From contig CM082578.2 of assembly GCA_040954595.2 (NCBI GenBank), forward strand, positions 12,772,520 to 12,836,519: a stretch of 64,000 nucleotides of DNA, written 5' to 3'. Shown piece by piece: positions 1 to 12,500 of this stretch. How positions within the stretch are numbered: the stretch's first letter is position 1; each line of letters begins with the position of its first letter. The stretch comes from Balanoglossus misakiensis. Its lineage: Eukaryota > Animalia > Hemichordata. A program made the translations under genes and the position numbers. Below the pieces are notes generated by a model. It was not told the origin of the DNA. It worked only from the letters and a program-made list of their open reading frames with translations, and searched no databases.

Positions 1-513
1 TCATAACCTTTTCCTCTGTTACTCCTTTGATATTTTGTTTGGAGCATGTCTCTGTGAATGGATTATTCCTAACTCGGCCTTGAAACCTGTTTCATCATCT
101 CCGAGGGATGATGTGCATTAATAATGAATTAAAGCACTGATTTGATGAGATGATGTGTTTCTCTCTTGTAGCCTTTGCTCTTTTGATGTATTTTTGTACC
201 GGGTATATACTTGATTCCAGTCGAGTGAATTCATTGTATAGACATTTCACTATAGAGCCAAATATTGCTCTACAGGAATTGCACATGTAATGCTGCATGT
301 TGTCTGTCCTCTAAAACCTACTGGTATTTGATACCTTGTTCTATTCATCTTCACACAAAGACAATTTTTTTCCAAATTTCTATATATCATGGTTTTCGTT
401 TGACTCAAGAAATTTCTGCAGAATTCTTAAAGTGAGTCAAGGTTCTTGGAGATAGTGTCTGTGAGGAGGCAGTGGTAAATTAAGTGTTTCACCATATTTT
501 TGTTTGATTTCAG

Positions 514-3500
514 TACGAGCATAGTAGTAAATGTGTTCTGAGCACTGTCATCATCAACAATGCAAGCGACAGTACAGTTGTGCATGTTACAAGTCGAGGT
601 TTCAAACCCAGCACAGTCAACATTCTCAGGGTGAGTCCATTTACTGGTATTGCTTCATTCAACCTTTCACCACTGTGGTTCGATCCAACTCGATCCAAAT
701 CCATTGTTTTGAATAGAGTTTACAGGGAAATATGGGTGAGAGGGTTGGTGTCAATGGTGGATTAGATAAATGCATGTGTTGATATCAGTCTCAGTTGATA
801 GTGTGAACACCCACACTGTCAAGCATTAGTTTTTGAATGTTATATAAAATTGAAATTATTGTATCTTTTTTTTTTCAGGGTCAAAATCTGTTGTGGTCTT
901 GGAAAGACAGCGGTGAAGAATGTCACAACATAGTACATGTCTGTTCTCCGGATGACGAAAAACCATTCACACCCGTGACAGATGAGACAGCATTCAATAG
1001 CGGGCCTCCTGTAGCAAATAACAGTTTTATTTACACATTTGATGAGCCTGGTAGCTACTATGTCACTTCCCAAGGCAGTCCCGGGAGTGTTGGTACTATC
1101 AATATCTTGGACAGAGGTGTGTGAGCCTGTTCTTTCAGGAGTACTGGTATGAGTTTGAAAATGTAGCTGTTCACCAGTCACATGACAGCAGTACATATGA
1201 AAACCACATGCACGAATTTAGCTATTCTTGTGTGATATTTTACAATCAGTAATCTGGTGGGGTGATATCCCAATTACAAGATGATCGAGGTACCCACCAC
1301 TTCCTGCTATGAGAAATAAAACACCTCTCTCTAAAGGACTCATCATTCTGGGCCATGCTTTTGCCTTGAACTTGCCGTTCCCTTGACAGTGCACCTGGGT
1401 ACCCTGGTCAGTTGGCCTTGATAAGGCAAATGTGTTGTTTGTATACCAGTGACTATTCCAGGTCAGGGTACTAAAGTCACTGCATGATTATACTGCTTTT
1501 ATCCCCACCCCCTCTCCTAAATTCTCTTTGCATTGTACCTATTTGACCTTTGACTCTTTCTCTTCTCCACAGACCAGTTCAAGTTGACAGCCATGCCCCT
1601 CATCACGACAGAAGTGAACGGTGGCACGGTGGAGAAATGCCACACAATAAAGTTACAGTGTAACACTGAAAACAGTACCATCTTTTACACTCTGGATGGT
1701 TCCAATCCAGAATATCACGGCCCGTCCACAAAGGTAAATAAATCTACGCAGTTTACAGTAAACCCTTATATCGCAAATTGATGTATTATACAGTCTTGCA
1801 ATCAGAATTGCATAAAACTGCTTTGTTTCACTGGTATTCATTGAATGTCAGCTTTACTCATACTTGATCATAATATCAAATGTTTTACTTTGATAGGTTT
1901 ACAAATCCAATAAAGGTATTATACTACGAACCTCTGGATTGCATGTCATCAGAGCCATGGCAACCAGTGAAGATGCTTTGAATAGCAAGATATTCACATC
2001 CAGGTAAAAATTAAGGAATTGTAATGTTTAGTTTTAAATGTGATGGTATATATTTCAATAAAAAGATTTGTAATGAGACTCAATTTATCAATCAAATGCA
2101 CTTTACAAGCCAGCTGGCTTGCTGTATTCTGGGTCTAGCTTACTCAGTGGAACAGGATTATACCCAGCCTGTAGTGTATTGCTGGAAACGGGCAGTTCAC
2201 TACTAAATCTCTCTCTCTTGCACGTATCTGTTTGATTGTCAGGAGATTCTGGGTTCTGGAAGGAGAAAATAAGAGTGAGGCTGAAGAGGATATGATGTCA
2301 TCTGCATCTTCAGAAGAGCAATCTGTGGATGATGATGAAGATGCCAGAGTTGTAAGTGTTTTTTCATTCGTTCGTTCATTCATTCATTCATTCATTCATT
2401 CGTTTGTTTATTCGTTCATTTAACCTAATTTCTCAGAGAATTTCTCGTTCATTCTGAAACAGTTAACACAAAAATGCCAATCAATATAAAATTCCTGATC
2501 AAGATGCCATTTTATTCCATATACAGACTATGAAATGGCATTGGTGGAATTGTGTACCAGACTTACAAGGCTGGGTGGTTAATGCAGGCTGCGTTGAACT
2601 CTACTGGGAATTACCAGAAGAAATGTATTTACCACAAATCAAAACATATCAGGTAACGTATTGTGACAGTTTTAATAGTACATGTATACACAGTTATAAT
2701 TTGTGTGTATCCTAAAAGAATCTGTAGTGAACAGGCAGACAGCCTGAAAGACAGACAATCTGGCTTGAATATGCACAGACATGAATATATTTGAAACACG
2801 TGCATTCTTCAGCACAGAGCTGTACAGAATAAGATACAATGTAGCAAGCTGCATGACATTCAGATGATTGTGAAGACACATAATCTGCCTATATCAGATT
2901 TCCTGTAGTCGAAAGGAAAACATTGGAATTTAATCATATGATTCTGTTGTAATAATGCTGTGTTGACATACAATTTCACCTTGCACAGGTATATGTAAAC
3001 AATGTGTGCTATTGTGAGGCGTTGCCCAAAGACTGCCACAGTGTCCGTGTTGTAGGACTAGCAGGTGGTTTCGGTTACATTATGAAAATAGTCGCTCTGC
3101 CCAAAGAATCTCACTTTTTACCTCAGGAATCAAATAAACTGGTGAGTGCCTTAGGTCATATTTTATGATGTTACTAAACTGCTGCCATAACAGTTCCAGC
3201 CTGCCATGATATCTGGAGTGCAGAATTGATCGTTGAAATTATTAATTTGAGAACAATCGCTTTAGCTTTTTGTTCTGAGAGATTTGTAATCAGAATACAC
3301 TGTATTATTGGAGTCGTTTAAGAAGCAAGAGCTCAATGGGTGGTCACTCTTCTTTTCAGACCGTCCATATTCCTAGCAGCCTTGAGACTGGTGGACCCCT
3401 TATCTCCACGGAGTTTGTGGATGACGACGATGTCATGGCGATAGTGTGGATGACAATCCCAGACACACAGACTCCGATCAGGGCATACCGACTCTATGTC

Positions 3501-6500
3501 AATGATCAAAAGTGCGGCGATGAGGTCAGTTCAAGCTATAGGGGGAAAGTTCGCCAATTTCATTGGGTGTGTGAAATCATCCAAAGAAAAGTGTATTTTC
3601 CAGTATGATCTTAATGATTGATTGATTGATTGATTTGTTTGTGCATATGATGCAGGTGATTCCTGATGAAGGCAGCAATAAATGTAAAGTTTTAATCCAG
3701 GGATGTGAAAGCAACACCCCGTACAGGGTGCAAGTTGTAGCTGTACCGAAAGGTAGGAGAAATCAAAGTCTATTTTGTAAATGGTCTCTACATAACCTGA
3801 TTTTATATTGGTATGATCCACGTTCTTGTTGTTAAAGAACTTTTTATTGTTCTCAGCTAATACATTTGATACTGACGCTCCATGCAACAGCTAGTACATG
3901 TTGACTCTCTACATTTAAAAACTGTGTAAGCCCTCCACCTACAATGTACATGTAATAAGGTGCCATGTGCAACTCAACAGGTAAGAAATCAAAGCTGCCA
4001 TCCAATGAGCTGGTGGTCATGTTGCCACAAATGAATGCACATATCATACTACCTCAAGGACGAAGTCTTCTTGAAGAAGAATTACAGGGCTACATCACAG
4101 TTACGAGAGGATCTGGTATGCCCCCAGGTGAGATTTGACTTTCTTTCCTCTAATGGTGGGTGCCTACTGCTCTGTCTCCATGTTGGGACATTGTGGTTTT
4201 TTTAGATGAGTGGGTGTGATCCTCTTTTGGGTAGGTAGTTCACGTACAATGTAAGTAAATGCCAGGTTTTCTACCAGGCCAGAGTAACGCAACAAAAAAA
4301 CAGGGTTTAACATCTCTTCTACTTTGCTTATAGATTCAAATCAGGAATTGCTGGCCAGCTCTGAGTTAGCCCTTGATGTCGACTGGGAGAAATCCAACAC
4401 CCACACGGAGACGATAGTCACCCAGGCCAACATCCATCTGGAAGAGAAACAAGATGACCAGGTAACAGAGCATGCTATTTGCAGTGAAGATGATGATAGC
4501 GATATTTCTGATGGTAAGTCACTTGACAGTAAGGGTGAGGTACACACAGAGCAAGACACTGAAAAAGATACGGAAGCCGACGCCAGGCAGCCTTCGGAGG
4601 GCGACCTTGAACAGGCTCCTGAAGGTGACCTTGAACAGCCTGCTGCAGCCGACCCCGAACGACCTCCTGATCGTGAACCGTCTGTTGATGCTGAATGTGC
4701 CCCGGTGGCGAAGGTAGAGGAAGAGAAAACCGCAGAGGCTGGGACCGTACCGCCGGTCGAAGAGGACGGCAAACAGTCTGTGGTGAAAGAACCAAGCTCT
4801 GAATCTAGCGGCAGCCAAGAAGTCGAAGATAAAACTGCTGAAGAAGAAGATGATGCAAATGATAGCACTGAGAGGGCGGAATCACCCAATGATGGAGGGG
4901 GTGAAGTTCTTCTGTCAGAGCACACTGGCACAGTGACTGAGAGAGACGGCGAGCATCACTCCGAGGCTGAGCATTCCCCTGATGGTGACCTCGCGGTTGA
5001 AGAAGGGACGGACACCAAGGAGGAAAAAGAGGAGGGGGATGAGAAGGATGAGGAGGTGGCAGCAGAGCTTGAGGAGAAAGTGGAGGAGGAGGCAAAGGCT
5101 AAAGATGAGCCAAAAGACAATGATGATATCGATGATGATGATGATGATGTGTCATCTCTCGGAAGCAGTGTTGGAACCGACACCGCTAACATCAGCATCA
5201 GTGATCTTGCCAGTGACAAGAAAAGTGACCACGTTGCCATCAGTGAAATGCATGCCAAGAGCACGGAGTGTGACACAATGCATGTTGGTGGTGATGCGAA
5301 TGCAGAACCGTCTACTAACCTGAATGATACAAACCGGTGCCTTGACACTAACACAATGCATGCTGATTCTTTAGTGCATGACCTTGGTGGTGACCTTGAT
5401 AATGGTGACGGAGGATCAGACAGAGGGGTGCAGGCCACTGACTCCAAGGTTATTGCCCATGTACATGTACAGACACACAAGAAGAGGAAGAAGAAAAAGA
5501 AGAAGAAAGATGGAAGTGAGATTGACGCAGTCGCCAAGGCTCAGCAAGAGATTCAGGTTAGTGGGTTTCATATTGAGTAACTTGGCACATTGGATGGATG
5601 TGGAAAGACTAATATGGGATGCTTGGTGTGTATGCATACTTGTTTCTGTATGGATGCAGTATTTCCTCTGAACAAACAATATACTAAGCCACATGTGCGC
5701 TTATACGCCAATACATGCAAACAGGCTGTACCATCTGATGATTACTGCGACACCTGGGACACTACTTGTTTTCGCAGAGTGTCCCTGACCATATGATTTT
5801 GTTTCTCAGGAACTTCCGGTGCCCAGGGTGGACGTCACAAGCAAGTCTGCCAGGCCGGAAATCTTGGTGGAATGGAAGTGTGAAAAGTCGCTCAGTAAGA
5901 AGTACATCATGCAGCACTACCTTGTGTGCATCGTTGGTGCAAAGTTTGAGGATGTGCAAAGTCATAACAGGTCAGTGATTGGTGTAAAAAGTTTGGTGAT
6001 TTGCATACTGCCAAAAGTACATTTGTTCTCCGGTTGGTGCAGTATTTTTCAACCAGTCGATTGCTTACTTTCTCTTCTATGCTAACAAATAAATATGTTC
6101 TCTCCTCAGTTTTGAAACAGTTGACATTGATGGCAAGATGTGCTATCAGCATTGCTGGTCAGTTAAAGATAGTACACAGCTAAAGATCAAAGGGTTGGCT
6201 GAGTCTACCCATTACAGGTTAGTGCAGTCCAAGGCAAACCTCAGTACTTAGATATATCATTTCCTCAACCTGTACCAGTAACACACACGTTTAATCCCTT
6301 TGACCTCATTTCGTTGCATATGTTATAACCACACTATTGCTGTGGTGAGTGATGAAATCTGACATATTAACATTTTCCTTTTTGATAGGATATTTGTGTC
6401 GTCCGTGTTTTCACACAAGAAGAGATCAGAGGAGAAGGTAGACCTGAAGTCTGACGAGGTGACCTGCATCAGTGGCGGTCGGCCCGGCCCTCCCCATCTG

Positions 6501-9500
6501 ACGGTCAACAGCATCGGTCTCCACGAGGTGGGTCTCAGCTGGACTCCCGGACTCCATCACCCAGACGTCAGAGTCACAGGCTACAGTGTGTTCATCAACG
6601 GAAAGGTGCTGGGAGAGATGCTGTCGCAGGAGACAACTGCATCACAGATACAAGATATCGAGATAGGTGTGAATCTTCTGCTTTGTATTATTGTATTTCT
6701 GTTGTGGTTGTCTGTAAGGGGATATCTGTGATGGAATGGAGATGGCAGTATGACTTACTATTCACACATTTAAAGGTAAATTTAAAGATGAAAAAAATCC
6801 ATCTGAAAGACAAGAGAATGTTTCATTTTATGTTTATGAATATGTCTACTTCAGATAGTTGCTCATTGACCTGTAATCCTTGGTCCTAGACAAACCAGAC
6901 ACAAATAAACACTGTCAGATTTTCTCGCTAGGTTCTCGACACCAGGTGTATGTTGAATCTGTATCAAGCAATGGAATTGGAAACAGTGATCCGTCCAACG
7001 TCATCACCATCATCGCGCCCGAGCCACAAAATCCGCCCATTTTATCCAGTCTTCCTTCACTGAAGAATCGTGCCGCCCTCATTGCCTGGGAAAAACCGAG
7101 AGGGTCTGATGCGAAGCTTATCTCTGCATACAGGTGAGATTGCGTGTGTGTGCATTTGTGTTGCTATGGCCACTGCACTTGGCACACAGAGGGCAGTCTT
7201 TATGACTCCCAATATTGTTGTTGCATATTGCATTGTTTGGCAGTGCAGTGGCATACATGTACACAGATACAAGGCTGATGCAAAGACTGACTAACTGCAG
7301 AACAAAGCACAAGGGTAGATGTTGTCATTGATCTTTAGAATGAGAAAAGACAAACCAACAATCGCCCACCAGGCATGGACATACACTTGAACCCAAACGC
7401 TTGACCACATCATGTACATCGTTGAAATAGTCCAGTTTGGTTTGATTTTTATGAAGAAATGATTTAACTGTATTCATGGCAAATATGAGAAATAATGTAA
7501 TGGTTGTTATCGACAGAGTGTACGTTGATGGTAAAGAAGTTGGTGAGCTGGACATCAGGAAGGCTGATCGGAATCTGAAACACTATCAATATTACATCAC
7601 AGAGTTGCAAGCTGGTGTTTCCTATGATGTCACTGTCAGGGTATGTGTTTATTAAGATGTTATTTTGAAAGATACTCATTGCATAAAAATCAGTCTGGCA
7701 CTGTTTAGACATCTTTCACTGGGGTATATCTATTATTATATAGATATATATATATAGAACTTGCAATTTCAATCACTGACTTCATGATTTTCAAACAGAC
7801 ATACACTGGACAGAAGGAATTTGACAGTTCCTCAGGCAGCGTGTATTGTGGAGTGCTGAGTTCAACGTCTAACGTGCTACCAGTGATGTGTACAGCGCCC
7901 CCAAGGTCACCCAGAGTAAGACTGCAGGGATTACACAACCGTGGCATTGATGTCACGTGGGAGATTCCACAGCAATATGGTGATGCTGCATTATCGGTAA
8001 AAAAAGTTTGTTTTTGAATTGTTTTGACTTTTTTCCTTCAGGTATTATTTATTTTCATAACTGTATAAATGTATCTCAAATTCAGTGAGCCTAATTGCAG
8101 TGCTTTGCCGTATGGTTGCTCATTTGTGGAACTTCAACTGTGCACCCTTACACATTTTTGATATTTCCATAGACCAATTCAAATCAATATCATTCCATGG
8201 ATGAGATAAAATAAACACATCCTGGGTAAAGTCTGAAGATCTTGTTTCCGGTTGTTCAGGGACATCACAAATGATAGAACACCAGTAGCAGTCATCACAA
8301 TGTACTTTGCATGGCTTCTTTAATGTTACAGGGCTTCCAATTGGTGAAAGACGGCAAGTTGTATGGTCCAATCATCAATCCTGACACACTGAGTGCGACA
8401 GTATCCAACATCTCATTGGGAGACACGGTGGCCTTGCAGATCATAGCGCTAACCAACCACCCGGTGGGTCGACTGGGGCAGGACGACGCCTTCGCCTGCA
8501 GCAGCGACTCGGGATTTGATAACGCGTCCACCTTCTTGCAAGAGGACAAAGGTATTCTGTGCCAACCCAAACTTCCTGATCAGCCAGTCATAATTTGTCT
8601 TAAACGTAGAGGGGAAGGTAATGAGTTTTGTAAGACCGTTGAGTGCTGATATGCACCGGGTGGTGTGCTGTGCGACCTCCCCTCAAAGCATGTCCTGGGA
8701 ATACTCTGTGTTTTGCATTGCCAGGCCTGAGTGACTGAACCAAACCCGCCCTTACCTCCATCCTAGTGTGCCGACACTGACATCCCCACCACCACCACCA
8801 CACGTAATGCAGTGTGTTTATTGAATGTGTTACAGGCATTTTTTGGATCACAACAATAATCTTGTTTTGTATACTTGTTCATTGATTATTCTTTCCACCT
8901 TTCCAAGCATCACTTTGAATGTTAAAACAGACTGTTCCAAAAGTGTTTTTTTTTAATATGTAAGTCTTGAAAGTTCATAATCACAATCTAAATGGTGGAA
9001 CTGCACCTACCGTATAGAAACCATAAAAATCTGTTTTGGCTGTTCCATCTAGCATACAGTTTGCATTCCTTGATAGGGCAGTGACGTAACATTATACATG
9101 TATGTACCGGTACACAGACATCATTGATATGTGTGTGTTATGCAAACTTCATATCTGAACTTTTATCTCTGTCCTGTTTACAGAGACTCCTCTGATGGAG
9201 AAGTATTCCGCCTGTAAGCCTGGTCCAAAGCTTCCTGTCACATACACTGGTCTAGTGCAGCCACCGTCCAAAGTCTGGTGCGAGAGGGTCACTGGGCACT
9301 CGGCTGTTATTGCATGGTCAAAAGGTAAGTGGTAGACAGCTTAGAGTTGATGTATTTGACCGCTCAAAAAATTCCGGGTATTAAAATATAAGAGTGTCAT
9401 GCACCCACAGAGAGCTTTACTTACATTATGAAGTTATACGGTTATAAAATTTGGACATTTCACCTTCCGAGAAGAATTTGTCAGTGGTCATAAATGCAAA

Positions 9501-12500
9501 TGTCATAATCATGTTCCTTCATATATACTGCATGTTTTATGAATTTGATTCATGGTTCACGGCAAGTTTAAAGTGTTAAACTTTCTTTTTTTTTCCTTTT
9601 TACTATTGCTGTCTGTTCCTACCTTGGTTATACTTGATGTTCTAATGTTTGTTGGTAGATATCTGTTTCTCTTCTCAACTCAATTGCTCACCTTTCTATG
9701 TAGATGAGAAGAAAAGGAGACATTATGTGTCGGCAGAGAATTATCAAGTCACGTGGTGGCCGGGCCAAACACCGCGCCAAGATATTCAAAGTCAGTCCAC
9801 CATAGGTAAAATAACTCATCTTCTCAAGTGACAGATTCGGAATTTAATGTTGAATAAGCTCTACGAAGCAATGTAATGTAATGTTGCTGTTTGACTGTAC
9901 CGGTACATGCAGGCCCACTGAAATTGACCAGGTGTGCTAATTCACAATACTTGTTACATGTACATGTACATGTACATGCGCGTGGTGTTACACACACACA
10001 CAAACACAGGCACACAAACAGACACACATAAATGCTGTAAATTGAGAATGAGCATGGACAAATCCTCACATTTTCCAAGTGTAAGAGCAAACAAAAAATC
10101 TACATCTAAATGTCAGCTTCACCAGGTGGCTTCATCTCTGTGTTTCTCTCAACCGTACCAGGTGATCATCTGAACATTGGTCCACTGCAAGCGTCCACAA
10201 AGTACACTGTTGTGGTGGAAGCAAGGAGATCGCAGATGTACAACACATACTCAGAAGGTACGGTAGACATTCTGTGCAACAATTTGACTCGCAGGATTTT
10301 CATTGATGAATAAAAAAAAACTTTATGTGATTTAAAAAACCTCTTCACAAGAAATGGTAGCATCCTTGAGAGACATCAGGGCAGCAGTATTACTATAACA
10401 TCTACAACCATCTCCTGAATCATAAACACTGCCTATTCTATGACTGCCTATTCTGTGACATTGAAAAACAAACAAATGCATGACCCACTCCTCGTCAATT
10501 CTGCTCCTCACAGAAGACACAGGGCCGCCTGAAGAGAGGGGTTGCAACACGTTCATCGTGACCTCCCAGTCTGAACAGCTCAGCATCATGACGGGATGTC
10601 CGCCAGATCCGCCTAGCAACATTGGACTCATCACCAGCACCTGCAACAGTCTACAGATAGCCTGGCATTCACCGGTGGAACATGGCATCGAGGTCATAGG
10701 TGAGAGTGCCACTGACTTGTAAACCCTTTAAACCTTTGTAAACCCTTTAAAATTTTTATTGGAATTTTCAAAATATACTTCAAGCTTTAAAGGTAGAGTT
10801 CAACATTATAAACCCAAATTCATGCAATTCTCAGGTTTGAGAGTCCACGTCGTGCCAGAGGAAGAGAGTAAGATCGGTCTGTCCCAGTGTATAGAACTTG
10901 TACCGGACGTCACCACTCTGACAATAAGAGACCTGTCCGAGAGCACGGAGTACACCGTCTACGTGATGGCCGTCACCGAGGAATACTTTGACCAGTTGCC
11001 AGGGAAACAAAAGCACAAAAAGAAACTGCGGGCGGCACTTCCCAGAGACTGGGAGAAGGTGCCCAAGGACTCCATCTGGCTTCCGTACACCAGTATGCAT
11101 GCGGTCACCTCGGGAACGCGGCCGCCCACGGACCTGCACTGCGTCCACGCCGGCATAGACGCCATCGCCGTGAAGTGGATGCCGCCGCAAGTGCACGGAA
11201 CGAATAAATTACACAGCTGCGTGGTCAGGTGGTCTCAGGTCAGACCGGGCGGTTCCAAAGATCTCGCGTCGTCGCACGGAAGCATTCCCGTCAACGTGGA
11301 GGACTCCGCGGCGGAGATAACCGGACTGACCCCCGGCAAATCGTATCGGATCTACATTGAGACTCACATATCGGTGAAGACCAGCATCGGCGAGCAGGCT
11401 GAGGAGGAGGAGGATCCCGAGACGTATCGCAACGCTCAGGTGACATCGGCGACCATCGTTGTGAGGACCAAAGCCCCTGTTGAACCAGCAGAGGTACTCC
11501 TTACAGGGTACAGCTCAGAACATATCACACTGTATTGGGAGAAACCAGTACTATTCACACAAATGCCGAACAAAGGTGAGTAGTTGAAGTTTTCCCGGGA
11601 GAGATCCTTCTCTTTATCCTGATGCCATAGCAGACTATACAAACTTGAATTTCTCAATTTAGCTGCAACTGTATGGTAAAGAGATGATATGGTGACTGAT
11701 TGCACCTGAACACAATTAACCCTGTTACTCATAAAAACAGATTTCACAGTTGACCTCTCAATACTCTCTTCTCTATGATTGCACTCCCTAGACATCTACG
11801 GCTGCGGTAGTTGTCTCAAACGGACACTGATTGGTTACCGGCTGGAGGTCAACGGTCGAACCCACACAAGACTCGGACCGTCAGCGCAGAGCTGCACGCT
11901 GACCAAATGCAAAGCTGACAAGAGATACTCCATAGTTTTGATAGCTCTGACGTCAACGGACAAAGATGCTAGAAAGAAACGGAAGAAGGTGAGATACCTG
12001 TAGTTGTAGATAAAGCTGGATTTATTTTGCCATCATCGCCAGCATTTTACATCCCTTTTGTATATTCACATATCACCAGCAGCACTCTGGGAGAAGTATG
12101 GAGAACTCACTGTTAAATGTTTGTGTACTAATTCTGTGCAAATCAGTTGTCATTCCAGATGGACAGCAAAGGCAGTGATCAGAAAAACAGTGCTCCTAAC
12201 ACAGATGAGAGAGATGACGTAGAGGATTATGATGAAGCTGCTTCTAAACCTGTGGACATCATTCTGCCAAAGCCGCAGTCAGGTCAGTTTTTTGCAGTTG
12301 ACATACTCAGCCTTGAACCTTTTCTGTGTGAGAAATATAACAGTGGGCTCCATAGTTATCAACATGCAAAAAAAAAAAAACAGATTTAAAAAGTTTTCTG
12401 TGGACTTTTCAGGTGCCATGATATCTCTTGAAGCCAAATTCACCAGAAATGCAAGTAAGAAGAATGCTAATGAACACAGGTAAGACATTACTCAGTTATT

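Noticed and set aside
4341-5537. Ser-rich minus-strand ORFs of ~195 aa
   Set aside because: Antisense shadows of the acidic exon of gene 1.
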